Under the pieces are notes generated by a model that saw only the letters and a program-made list of their open reading frames with translations, was not told where the DNA came from and ran no database searches. From the human T2T-CHM13v2.0 reference genome, Homo sapiens, in NCBI RefSeq assembly GCF_009914755.1, contig NC_060933.1: a DNA stretch of 64,000 bases. One strand, 5' to 3'. A program made the translations under genes and the position numbers. Below are positions 45,715 through 58,555 of the stretch, one piece after another (within the stretch, counting starts at the first letter, position 1; each line of letters begins with the position of its first letter).

Positions 45715-47000
45715 GCTGTTCGGCTAATGGTAGGATTGTGTTGCCTGACCCTCCTGTAGGTGGGACTGTGTGACTGATATTGGCCAAGGGGTTGCAAAAG
45801 ATAGGAACCCCATTCACTTTCAGATGGAGAATCTAATTTCTGTTGTGAAACAGAAATGAAAAGCTGCACTTTTACTTCACCACAGCAACTTACAATAATT
45901 CAGATAGTGACTCCTCTATCGTCAGGAGTAAAGACCACATAGAGCAGAGGCCCTGGCTGACCTGCAATGGACATAAAATGTGAGTGAGAAATAAACCATA
46001 CTACTTTATGCCACTGAGTATTTAAGGTGGTTAATTGGTAACTCAAAGTAAGATGCTGCCATGACAAAAAACGTAAATATATGGCATTGCCTTAAAAAAC
46101 TGGATGCAGACAGCAAGCCTATTATCAGAATTTAGAGGGATGATATTCCATTACTTTTCAATGAAAGTTATTTGGTAAAATCTTTGATAACATGGAAAGC
46201 AGATCAGGTAACTAATGAACATATGGTCCCAGGGAAATACATTGGAAATATAAATATTAGCAGTGTGTGTTGGGTGATGTTGGCTACATTTCACAATGTA
46301 TTAGTCAAAGAGATGACCTCAGAAGAGAACACCCTGATTTGCAACATGAATGAAAGGGGTTAGAAAATACCCACAAATTTGGCAATATGTAGAGTGGAAA
46401 GGCACTCTTCTTTACAATAAATAAAAAATATAAGATCTAGAAATTCTTTGAGGTATCAAGTGGATTAAAGTTAATACTTATAGTAGCCATCAAAGCAAGA
46501 GTACAGCTGTCCCATTCACTGTTCAAAAGTCTAAGTGGGTTAAGTGATGATCCACAAATGATATCAATTGGACAAAACCACTTAGGAAAAAAGGCCGGAA
46601 GTACAGGTCTACCCAGGAAGCCAGATGAGCCCAAGTTATTCATCACTAAGTCTAGAAATAAGGGATTGAAAGAGTGAAGAAATGCAGCAGATCAAGAACT
46701 CTCTCTAGAAAAAAACAGTAAATGGCTATGACTTTTGGCTTATGAGTTGACTGCCATCAAAGAGGTAAGAAGTCTACTAAATGTTTGAGACTGTTGTGTT
46801 GTCAAAGAAACCATGAGCCAGGACTCAGTGTCTCAGGCCAATGGAAACTTAAAATGACCGATGAGCCGCAACATCCTACGGGCAAGAAACAGGTTATAAA
46901 ATTTGCTTAGTTCCCAAGGATACCAACATCTATTTCAAATGTAGCAAAGAAGAAAATTGGAAAATGTAGCTCCTTCCAGAGAGAGTAGCCATGAACCACA
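45715..47000 (+). mobile_element. MLT1-type LTR remnant plus MaLR internal sequence
   Basis: ctggctgacctgcaatggacataaaatgtgagtgagaaataaacc...atgccactgag, followed by gatgctgccatgacaaaaaacgtaaatatatggcattg (MLT-int-like). Confidence 0.55.
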
Positions 47001-47084
47001 CGGGGTTATTTTGAGTTTTTGAGTTCAAAGCACCTAGAACAGTGCCTGGCACAGAGTTTGTGTTTGCTGCTGTTATTAATATAT

Positions 47085-47189
47085 TTCCTCTTCCTCTTCC
47101 TATTTCTCCTCCTGCTCTTTCTCTTCCTTCTACTTCTCTTTCCCTTTCTTCTTCCTCCTCCTCTTCCTCCTCTTTTTTCTCCTTTTTTT
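47085..47189. repeat. Polypyrimidine (CT-rich) low-complexity tract
   Basis: Read directly. Confidence 0.85.
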
Positions 47190-47403
47190 ACTTATGTATT
47201 TAATTGATAAATAAAAATTGCATAGATATAGTATACAACTGTTTTGCAATATGTATACATTCTGGAATGGCTAAATTGAGCTAATTAACATGCATTACTT
47301 CACAGACATAATTTTTTTGTGCATTGAGAACACTTAATATCTAATCTTAGCAATTTTCAAGACTACAATACATTGTTATTAACTGTATCACCATGTTATA
47401 CAA
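47190..47403 (-). mobile_element. L1MA-type 3' end fragment
   Basis: atatgtatacattctggaatggctaaattgagctaattaacatgcattac...cttagcaattttcaag...caccatgttatacaa. Confidence 0.8.
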
Positions 47404-49536
47404 CTCCTTCTTCTTGTCCTTTCTTGCCCAGAGCCTAGTTGTGAAATCAAATGTGTTTGATTAGAGCTGATATCATGAAGTATTTGTTGCTACTTTCTTC
47501 CCCCTCAAGTTAGGTTCCAGAGAATGGCTGAAAATTTAGTTTTCAAGTCCCATTATTAGCTTTTGGGAAGGTCTGTCTTATCTCTAACTGAGTATTTCTC
47601 AAACATTAGCTATACATTAGAATTACCTGAATCCTTAAAAACAAATACTGACACTTGGGCCTCACGTGATTTTGTAGCCTTCTGACTTCTGAACTTCAGG
47701 TTCTTGACATTTTCCACTCTTTGATCCTACTTGTATTGATAACCGTGCTTGTTATAAGTAAGAAATCCCTACTTAGGTCCTTTGTTGGACCCTGCCAGGG
47801 AAGAGAGGAGTGATTTTGGACTGCTGAGCTGCAGTTGGTGAGAGATTTTTGTCAACTGCCTAATCTCAAACTTTTGATAAACTTTGTTGGAAATGAAATA
47901 AATGAGCAAAAATGGAATAAATGAGCCAAATACACCTCATTTTGTTGAATTAATTTGAATGTTTTTTCATCCAAAATATAGATTTTTATAAGCAGGTGGC
48001 CAAATCCCTTTAGTCTTTATTATGGGTATTTTCACATCTGCTTTGGCTAACATCTGTTCACTTTCTTATAAGCTTGAATATTGACTAAGTAGTAATCAGA
48101 TGTCAAGCTGGTTCCCCATTCTTTTTTCAATTTCATATTAGTCACAATTACCATATTTCTCCAAACTTGTTTGGTGTGTATCTGGAGAGCAAGGACTGTT
48201 CTTTCCTGCTAGGCTGCTGCCAACACTCGCCTATATGATTTGATTCTGTGTGTGCAACCCTCTCATAGCTACAGCCCCAACTCAATTACTAAAAGTCCCT
48301 AGATTCTTTGTTTTATTTCCAAGTCCTTCAAAGTATAGAATGCCTTATAATACATATTTCGTCACCAACATGTTACTTACTTTGCTTCTCAGCACTCCTC
48401 AATTCAACTAACATTTATTGAGCACTTACTATGCTCACAGGATGTGTGCTGAAAATCGGAAGTGTGAAAAGATAAGAAAGATGTGATCAAGGATTAAAAG
48501 CCACTTTCAATCTGGGAAGGCAAAAGATGTGTGCATGGATAGCAAGACATGAGACAGGTTTTTTGTAAGCCTTAATTAATAGTAAGGCAAACAGAATAGA
48601 AGTTGAGAGCAGCTTGCTCAGCGCTGGAACACTGACATTTGAGATATTCGAAATCTCCTGTCTGTGGGGGTAGAGACACTAATCAAAATGGATAGATTCC
48701 CACTCACTTGCTGATTTACAAACTTAATATATTCGTGAGAGATTGCATTCCCCAGGGCTAGTCTGTAAATAAAAATGACCCTAAGACATCCCTTTATGTT
48801 TGAGACATCCCATATGTTTCTATTCTTCTCATGAGAATATACCCTCAACTCTATAGTAGGCTCTATCAATTCTGAGCACTTGAGCATGGTTTTTTAGCTT
48901 GACAACTTTAGTCTAATCCAAGCCTCATAACAGTATGTATGGAAGGTATCATTATTCCTGTGTAAAAACTGGGTAAAAAGATCAGAATTTAAATAAGTTT
49001 TGTAATATCTAGCCTACGGCCAAACCATGTTTTGAGCACAAATGTTTTAACTAAATACCCAATGAACACATCATAGATGCCATGTAAATAAATGAGCTAT
49101 CATGAGTGTAGCAGAGAGAAAGTTTTCCTTTCTCGGTCCATCTTACCACAGTGCTCAGTGCTGGCCTTAAGCATGACACTGATGGACTATACAACTCTGG
49201 GGAGCACCATTCACAAAGAATATGATAAGAATGATACTTCTTGCACTCTGACCTGTCTATACCACAGAATAAAGGGAGCAATGAAAGAAAAAGAACTCAA
49301 ACAAACAAAAACAAAACAAAACAAAAACCAAAAAACAATAACAAAAAAGGGAGCAGTGGAGAGTGACCTAATCAAACTGTAAGCTATTTATTGGTATACA
49401 TTTTGACTTTATAGAGTATGTTAACATAAATGAACATGTATTTTGGTAATCTTCAAATCATAAATATTCAAAATGTCCATTCACAGTTTTCATAGATGTG
49501 TTATGAATGAGCATGTGTACATTTTTAGTTAGAAGG

Positions 49537-49657
49537 TATATATACACACACATATATATACATACATATATACACATATATGTGAGTGCATATATATACA
49601 CATATGTGTGTATATGTACATGTATATATACGTGTGTGTGTGTATGTATATATATAT
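49537..49657. repeat. (TA/CA/TG)n alternating purine-pyrimidine microsatellite
   Basis: Read directly. Confidence 0.9.
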
Positions 49658-50553
49658 TTGGAGTATCTACCCCTCACAGCTAAACTATATATTTGAAGGC
49701 AAAGAGTATATTTAACTCATTTTATGTGATGATGTATTTAGTCAAAACTTTGCCTGCTACATATCTGAATTAATTTTAAAGCTGCCCGTGATGCCTAAAA
49801 TGTAGGTTAAAAATTGGCTTCTCCCTTCTGCATGTTTTCCAGAAGTTATACTTCATCTCAGATTGAAGAAATACATATGTTCCCAGAGAAGTGCTCAATT
49901 CATTTTCTGCTTGGACATTTTTTATGGTGCCTGCATACCTGAAAAAGTATGAACAGATGAGAGCTTAGATTTGTGCTCCCAAATTGGGCACAAATCTAGA
50001 GTAATTGTACACAATGACATTCTATTTTTGTAACTTGCATTTAGGTATGAAACAATTACAAAAACCTTTATTTTTTTATTCTACTGTTGTCTTTTGTGCT
50101 AATAAGTTCAGTTTGTAGAAGATTCATGTTTCTCCTCCAGAATTAGAATAAAGTCAGATGGGCAAAAGCTTTGAGTCTGGTCACTCCTTCATTACATGTT
50201 AGAAATCTTGATTTATCTCCATATGGCAGAATGGGCAGGCTTTTGCATACCCTTTGGATAGAAAAAATCAGAACTCTGAGAGTAAAATTTAGATAACATA
50301 GATTCTACTATGACTTCATGATGCATTTGGCACTGGAAAATCGTTAAGTGGTGCAAGAAAAACCTTAGAACTAGAAGAAGAAATTAAAGATAGACTGGGA
50401 GTATATTTTTCGTTCTCCTTGTTCACAGACTAGGAATACCTGATCCTTCAGTAATGGACTGTGGGCCATCATATGATGAAGAGTATGAACTGCATGAAAT
50501 TAAGATAAGATATTGGATTGTCAGGTCTTTGTAAAAATGTCTTGCTCTAAATC

Positions 50554-51390
50554 AGCCTTGGGGCAATATATTTATAGAATGCAGTTGAGAGTGAATGTCA
50601 GGGGTCATATGGAATATGACTGACAGATCCAAGAGCTTTTATGGACTAATTGGGGTGTTACTGAAAAAAATGTATATTTCTTCTTGTGGGTCTCTCTGAC
50701 TTTGGCTTCTTCCTTACTTTTTAAATTTGCTTTAAATTTGGCACTGGCACTATTGTACTCCACAGTGTAGAAATGTCCTGGGGAGCAGCTTTCCATCCAA
50801 GGACTTCAATTCTCAGCACCTCTTGCATTTTAAGTATGGGCATGTGTCTAGTTCTTACCAATGGAATCAGAACAGAAGTGAGTTTTCCACTTTTGAGCCA
50901 GGCGATGCTAATAGTTATGAGGTGTGTTTTTTCAAGACAGAAGGAAATTGAATTCTTGAATTAGACTGGCACTATCTAGTAGAAACATATTAATAGTCTT
51001 CTAGATAAGAAAAAGAACAAAAACATGTACTGCATTAGCCACTAAATTTGCAGGTTGGTTTGTGATAGCAGCTGGCTGTAACAAATGCAATTACATGTTT
51101 ATCTCCTCTGTAGATACAACTTTATCTCTTCTGTCTATCAAATCTTTTACATCTTTAGCCCTTCGGTCTATCAAATCTCCTTATGTTTTTCTCTTTCAAG
51201 GGAGCCTTGGGTCAATATATTTACAGAATGCAATGGAGAGTGAATGTCAGGGGTCATATGGAATAAGACTGGCAGATCCAAGAGCTTTTATGAACTAATT
51301 GTGTTACTGCAAAAATTGTGTATTTCTTCTTGTGGGTCTCTCTGACGTTGGCTTCTTCCTTATTGGTTCTTGTTTGTTTTAAATTTGGCA
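50554..51390 (+). repeat. About 190-bp direct duplication (50554-50743 and 51203-51390)
   Basis: Shared agccttgg..caatatattta.agaatgca..gagagtgaatgtcaggggtcatatggaata...tttcttcttgtgggtctctctgac.ttggcttcttcctta...taaatttggca. Confidence 0.92.
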
Positions 51391-51726
51391 AGGGAGACAT
51401 AAGGAGATTTGATAGAACAGATAAAGACCATGTGACAGAAACAACGGAAGCAGAGTCAGAGAGAAAAATTTTATGCCACTAGCTTTGAAGATGGTGGAAG
51501 GGGCCATGAGCCAAGGGATGCAAGGAACTCAGCTCTAAACTCTGGAAAGGGCAAGAAAACATTCTCCCTAAACCCTCCACTGGAGCGTGGCTCTGCATCA
51601 TTTTAACCCTTTAAGACTCATTTTGGACTTCTGGTCTTTAGAACTGGAAGAACATTGCTGTGTTTGTTTGTTGTAAGCCACTGAGTTTGTGGTAATTTGT
51701 TACAGCAGCCACAGGAAACTGATACA
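51391..51726 (+). mobile_element. MLT1C/D-type MaLR LTR, 5' part absent
   Basis: gctttgaagatggtggaaggggccatgagccaaggga...taagccactgagtttgtggtaatttgttacagcagccacaggaaactgataca. Confidence 0.85.
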
Positions 51727-51729
51727 ATT

Positions 51730-52345
51730 CTCAAGTGTTTATCTGGGCCCTTTGCAGTCGATCCCTGCTGTCATCCCTGGGTGTCAGACAACCAGTGATC
51801 TGCTTTCAATTTCTATTATGTTGCTTTTTCTACAATTTTATGTAACAGAAACAATATAGTTTATAGTGGCTAATGTCTGACTTTTTAAATGGAGTATAAT
51901 ATTTTTAAATGGAGTATAATATTTTTGAGGTTCATCTGTGTTTTGTGTGTCATAGTTTCTTTTGCTGAGCAGTTTGCTATCTTATGCATAATATATAGAT
52001 AGAAGAAAATGGAATTCTTGAATCAGACTGACACTATCTAGTAGAAACATATTAATAGTCTTGAATGAATGAATGAATGAATGAATATATATATAACAGA
52101 ATGACTATATATATATATTCATTCATTCACTACCTTACGGGCATTTGGATTGATTCTAGTTTCAGGCTACCATGATTAATGCACTTTGAACTTACATGTA
52201 AATATCTTTTTGTGGGCATACATTTTTATTTTTCTTGGGTAGATGCCTAGGATGGAATTCCCAGGCTGGGTAGTAAGCATACGTTTAGCTTTTAAATAAA
52301 CTGACAAACTGTTTCCCAAAGTGGTTGAATCACTTTAACTACCAA
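51730..52345 (-). mobile_element. Old L1 (L1MC/MD-type) 3' fragment with an internal templated insertion
   Basis: caaccagtgatctgctttc...tttttgaggttcatc...tcttgggtagatgcctaggatggaatt...aaactgtttcccaaagtggttg. Confidence 0.75.
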
Positions 52346-53239
52346 TTATCTATGAGTTTTTGAAATGATTTATGAAGAAGGGAAGACAGAGACAGAGAGA
52401 GAGATGGAAGAGGGGAAGAGTAGAAATTAAAAGAAAACTAGCTAAAGATATTAAGAGTTAAGGATTGTTCTGCCCAAGACTGACCTCCTGTAGACCAGCC
52501 TCCTGGAAAAGATGTAGTTTCCTGAAAAGTCTCTGGAAACTGGTGACAACCAAGTGCATAAGGCAATTAATCCTGGTCAACCTGATCATTTGAACTCGGC
52601 CTTTTCAGTCAAGCCAGAATATGGCCTAATCCACCATGAACTTCCCCATTGAGAATGCAGAATAAAGGGGTCATGTTACCCACTTGCCACATCCTAGAGA
52701 CAAAATTATAAAGCTTTGCTGCTAGCACTCTCATCACACCAGGGAAAAAGCTGCTATCTTTTAAGCTAGTGTAGAGCTGAAAAAACAGGCTAGAGTCGAG
52801 TTTTCACCATGTGATATTGCGAACTTACCATGCCCAACCACTAATATGTAAGGACTCATTTCAAGATGTTTATTACAGTATTATTTATCTTGGCACAAAA
52901 CAGAACACAAAGAAAATGCTTAACTAAGAAAATAGTTCAATAATGTATTGTTCTCTCCCCTATGGAATATAATGCAGACATTAAAAGGAATGAAATAGAG
53001 CCAGACCAACTCATTTTAAAGGATTATTACAAGATATGAATTGGGGGAAGAAAGTTGAGATTAAGAGAGGTATGCATAAAATGACTCCGTTTTGAAATAC
53101 TGTAAACAATTATGTATGAGATTCCATATATTAATATTTTAAGTGTTTCCTTTTTTAAAATAGAAAGAAGAAATAAAGATTTTTCTCAGAATTTAAGGTT
53201 GAATTGTAGGCTATTCTTTCAGCCTACAGATTATTTCCA

Positions 53240-53830
53240 CATAATCTCACTCATTCATTGAGTTCTATTATCAGACATACAATGATGACCCCCAAATCTT
53301 TATCTCTTACCTAGACCTTTTCTCTCTTTCTTCCCATTTAAAAAAATACAATAAAATAGCCAGATTTATTTTTCTTTATTGAAACTTGTGTTTTCTACTG
53401 CCTCCTTATCATCTCAGTTTACAGATTTATAGGCATTGGAAACGACCTGTCTCAACTCTCTCCTCCCTCCACCTTTGCTCCTCTTTCTTCCTCCTTATCT
53501 CAGTGGATGGCATCAACTGTTGCTCAAGCCAGGATCCCCAGTGTCATCTTTTATTACTCCCTCTCCTTCATTAGCCGATACTACTGACAGGATATATATC
53601 TCATAAATGTATCCATATTTCTCTATATCCACAGTCCTTTATTTCAGGATACCATGATCTCTTGCCTGGATTACTCTACATATTCCTAACAAGTCTCTCT
53701 GCCCTTCTGAACTGCCTTCTTCACATGGAAATTAGAAAGGCTTCCTATAGTAAAAATATGATTGGTTCTGCTCATAGTTAAACTCTGTTGTGGGTTTCTT
53801 AATTACTCCCAGGTTAATGATGAAGCCTAC
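53240..53830 (-). mobile_element. L2 LINE fragment
   Basis: tgatgacccccaaatctttatctc...atctcagtggatggcatca...tctcttgcctggattac. Confidence 0.6.
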
Positions 53831-53879
53831 GAGGTGAGTGTGTGTGTGTGTTCACAACTGCAATGACATATAATTGTGT

Positions 53880-55500
53880 GATCTACCTTTGGAAATCACA
53901 AATGAAAAAAATAATCACAACAATAAAAAAAAACCATTTAGAAATAAAAGTTACTACCCAGATTAACTCTTAAAATGACATCAAAACTGTAATTGTACAC
54001 TGTTAAAAAAGGAATAACAACACATTAAGCTATACTCAGTGGTAAATCCATAGTCTGAAATTGCTTTATTATAAAACAGGAGAAAATAAGATAAAACATT
54101 CAAGTGCAAGTGGCAGAAAAAGAATACCTAAAATTTTAAAACATTAAAAAGGAAAAGAAAAAATTGGCAAAACTAAAACCAGAAGTTAATGATTAAGGAA
54201 ACCAAAAAAATACATTGATAAATAATTGAAAAGTTAATAAAAATACTCAACCTCACAGGAGGTTTGCTTGGGGAAACAGTGAGAAAACAAAAATATATTC
54301 AAGTGGGGGGAAGATGGAGCCACATGTAGGAAATACATTGAAATACTTGTAAGAAGGTGTCTTTTAAAGCTGATATCAATAAGTTCAACAGTTTTGACAA
54401 AATGGAAAAATTTAAGAATAATACAAAGTAAACCAAACTGTCTCAACAAGAAGTTGATAAAAGAAATGGAACAATAAGAGATTGAAAAGGTTAGCAATAA
54501 ATAGCTCCCCTCAAAGGCTGTAGCCCATGTGATTTTATAGGTGAGATTTACACCCCCACCACTATACAAACACATTTAAAAAGGCTTAATTCTTCTGTGT
54601 AGAAGAAGATGACATGATTCTGAATTCAACCTGTAAAGCTAATATAACCCTATTCAAACCAGACAAAGACAGCTCGAAAAGTGCATATGCTGGGCACATG
54701 GTTGCTCACATCTGTAATCCCAGCATTTTCAGAGGCCAAGGCAGGAGGATTGCTTGACGCCAGGAGTTCAAGACCAGCCTGGGCAAGACAGTGAGACCCA
54801 CCCCCCCCATCTCTATAAATAAAATAATTCTTAAAAATTAACTGGGGCATGCCTGTAGTCCCAACTACTTGAGAGGCTGAGGCAGGAGGATCCCTTGAGC
54901 CCAGGAATTCAAAGATGAAGTGAGTTGTGATCATGCCATTGCACTCCAGCATGGGCAAGAGAGCAAGATGCCATCTCTAAATAAATAAATAAATAAAAGA
55001 TTCACTTATCAATCGACTTACATGCATAAAAAATCCTAAATTGAATTGATTTAGGCATGTTGGTACAAGAAAACTATACAGTGACCAAGAAAGACTTAAT
55101 CCAGTTATTAAAATTCAACCCATTAATAAATTAAAAGAACATGATCATCATTGAAACAATGCCCTTTAATAAAATTCAGCTGTGTCTAATAAAATTCTTA
55201 GAAAACTAAGAATAGAATATTTATTGAATATAATAAAGATTATTTGTCTTCAATTAATAGTCAGCATTATATTTTAAAGTACATCGGAAATGTTGTCTTT
55301 AAAAGCTAGAAGGTTGACAAGAGTGCTGTCTTTTAACATTGTTCTGAAAGTTTTATTTTAATAATTTGAAATTTAAAAGAAATGAGTTTTAATATTGGAA
55401 AGGAAGACTAAAACTAGCATGTGAATTATGTGAAGAAAATGACTGTCAACCAAAAAAACCCAAAAGAATCAACAAAACTGTAAGAACTAATAGTCCTTAT
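53880..55500 (+). mobile_element. Old L1 (L1M) ORF2 remnant, interrupted by AluJ
   Basis: A-rich ORF2-like sequence: taatataaccctattcaaaccagacaaagaca, ataaaattcttagaaaactaagaatagaa, cttttaacattgttctgaaagtt, aatattggaaaggaaga. Confidence 0.65.
54688..54998 (+). mobile_element. AluJ, full length
   Basis: ggaggattgcttga, cctgggcaagacagtgagaccc and ggaggatcccttgagcccagg are J-type features; (TAAA)n tail. Confidence 0.92.
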
Positions 55501-55659
55501 ACTTTTTTATCTAGTTTGATAATAGATCTTATCATTTCAAAAGTTCAATAAGTAAACTGAAGTTCAGTAAGTTATAAAAATCAAACAAACATAAAGCCTC
55601 ATGGCATTTTCAACCTATGTATGACCACTGATTAGCTAGTAAGCATCTTTTAAGAAACA

Positions 55660-56570
55660 CATTTTAAATTTTAAGAATGCAGTTGCCATTTTTACTGAAA
55701 TGGGGAGGCCTAAAGAGGAATAGGTTTGAATTGGGGAGAAGCAGGATATCAGTCTGAGCATGTAGAGTTAGAGACACCTATGAGAGTCAAATGCAGTTGA
55801 ATTGATCCTATGTTAGTATAAAATTCAGTGGGCTGAAGATACATGTTGCGAGTTGTTGGTATGTGGATAATATATAAAACCATAAAGCTTGAATTAACCT
55901 TAGGAGTAAGTGTAGTGAAAAAAGAAAAAAATTAAATTAAAAAATTTTAAAGTTAGATATTGGTGAAATAGGCTACATTTAGAAGTGAATCAGGGGTGAG
56001 CACTCTTCTGGAGGGCAAGTAAAATATATGCTCCAAGAGCAAGAGAGTGAGCTATTGCACCATGCTGTCCACTACTCAAGTAAGATGAGAACACAGAATT
56101 GGCCATTGGACTTGACAATGGGGTCAGGGAGACTATTAACAATCTTGACAAGAGGTGTTTTCATGAAGTGATATGAATGTCAAGCCTGATTATATTGGGT
56201 TCAAGAAAGAATAGAAGAGGAGGAATTAGAGATGGTGAGTGCAAAAACATTTCCTGAGTATTTCATAAGGGGAAACAGAAAAATAGGACAGGAATTAAAT
56301 AAGAGTGCTATCAAGAGCTTTTACATTTTTTAAAAGATGGAAGAAAAAACATCATTTTTGTATGTGGCTGGGAATAATTCAGGAGAAAGTTGGAAATTGA
56401 GAGAGAGATAGCATTGCTGGAACTAAATCACTGAATGAGCAAGAAATTTTAGATCTAGTTAGCATGTAAGTGGAGTAATTTACATTGGGGTAGAGAAAGT
56501 GAGTGTACAAATACAGATGCAAATATGTTGGTAAATGTGATAGTTGGAATGCAGAGAAATTTTCTTTATC
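55660..56570 (+). mobile_element. L2 LINE fragment
   Basis: gttgccatttttactgaaatgggga...tcaagtaagatgagaacacagaattggccattggacttgacaa...aagcctgatt. Confidence 0.7.
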
Positions 56571-56829
56571 TTCTTCTATAATGATTATAATTCTGTCTTT
56601 TTTGTACTTCATTTGTCTAGTTTGGTAATAAATCATAAGAGCTTCATGATATAAATTGAAGGACCATTTATGTTTTAGAAATCTTAAGTAATTTCTGCAG
56701 AGTCTGTCATTTAAAGACCGTAGTATATTTCATTGTGAAACTGGTTCACTTGGGAATGCAGTTTTGAACGTTTTTGTACTACGCTTGTTTTCACTTTAAT
56801 ATCTTTATATTTGCTGCTTCCTCTGGTTG

Positions 56830-57170
56830 GATCATCTTTCTCGTGGATGAACACATGCCTGGCTCCTTGTTACTACTTCAATCTCTAATTAAATCACTTC
56901 CTCTGATAAAGCTTAACTCTCCTGCCGAAAAGAGCCCATATCCCCCCGTTATTTTTATTTCTATTGTCCTTATTTCTTTTTTCATAGAATTTATCACTTT
57001 CTGCAATGATCTCATATACAGTTTAGTTACACTTATTTTCTGTCTCTCTCCACTAGACTGTAAGTTCCAAGAGGTTAGCAATATTGTTGTTCTCATTCAC
57101 CACTGTGTGGCCAACATATTGGTATTTGTTGTATTCCAGAAAATATTTGTTGAATGAATAAATGCATGAA
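56830..57170 (-). mobile_element. L2 3' end
   Basis: ctgtctctctccactagactgtaagttccaagagg...aaatatttgttgaatgaataaatg; strand convention uncertain. Confidence 0.65.
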
Positions 57171-58555
57171 TTATCAGGGAATGGTGGAGTAAAGGCATTA
57201 AAATATTAAACCACATCGTATATTTAATCATTTTCAGGAATTCCTAAACATACGAAAAAATAAAGTTACAATCATTCTGGAAGAATTGTATAGGAAAATG
57301 TTGGAGACCCACTGAAGGAAGGAATTACTGTATTTTGCTTTGTATTTTTCACATTGATTAGTGCTGAGTTTTATAAATAGAAGCCTTTTGGTTAATATTC
57401 GCTGAATGAATTAATGAATCAATTACTGAATTAATGAAATATGCTAAAACTGAGAAATTCTTTAGGTTTGTTACCTTATTTTTCCAAACCAGTATTTTGT
57501 TATGGGCACTACTTTTAAAAAAAAACAAAAATTCAAACGTGTGACTGAATATGCCTGATTTCTTAAATGCAACTTTAGGACTTGAAGACATTAGCATTCC
57601 CTCCTAAGTTCTAACTAGATAGTTGAGGAGCATATAATTAGCTTTATAGCAAGCTGATTATAAAGTAACACCAGTGTGAAGAAACAAGTCATGTTATTGT
57701 CTGAAATACTGCACGAGGCTCAAGGAGAGAAACACTATTTATTATATTAAAAAAATTACATTGCCAATTTAGTACAAGAGAACTATATAAAACTGGAGAT
57801 ATTATAGGGAAAAGTGCTTAGACACTATCATCATGTCCAGGGGAATTTTGCTTATATATCAGTATCCTACTGAAGTTCTTAAAGCATAAAGTAGTTATGT
57901 TTACTGGCAGGTGTTCATAGGCATATTTTATTATGAGTAGTGTAGGGAAAAACTGAAGATGGCCTCATTTCACCAAATCCTGTACAGAAAACTATTCAGT
58001 GGGTCTTGGAGTAGTCAAATCTAGCCTCTTAGTCTAGTTATGATGCTATGGTGGCATTTTGACATTTAGGTGGGTAATTTATACATTTCTTAACAGAACA
58101 AATTGAATATTAGTGTATCAACTTTATAAAAACCTGGAACTCACTCACTCTCTACTTCAATAATTCATCAATTAATTCATTTAAATTACAAACTGCATAC
58201 TGTGAGTTAGACTACCCTAAGCATTTAAGACAAATAAGTAAGCTGGCATGGAACCTGCCCTCCCTGGGTGGATAAGGGGCCAACAGTCTTAAGTGAATAT
58301 AAGACAGTAGAAAGCTAACATATTATAGAAGTGTTTATTATATTTTAAGGAGCATATGAGTCACTTTGTTGGTGGTCTTGGTAAAATAATTGATTAAATA
58401 TGTCTGGAATGGGGACTAAGCTTCTGCAGTTCTAACAAGCTCCCAGGTGATACTGATGATTCTTGGAACACATCACAAAAAACAAGGCCGTATAGAACAG
58501 AAAAAGGGAGGCCTGTGGGTTTCCAAATCGAACTTCTCAGTTGTTTGAATGTACC

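Noticed and set aside
47019-47207. Hydrophobic Leu/Phe/Pro ORF resembling a membrane peptide
   Set aside because: Translation of a CT-rich low-complexity tract.
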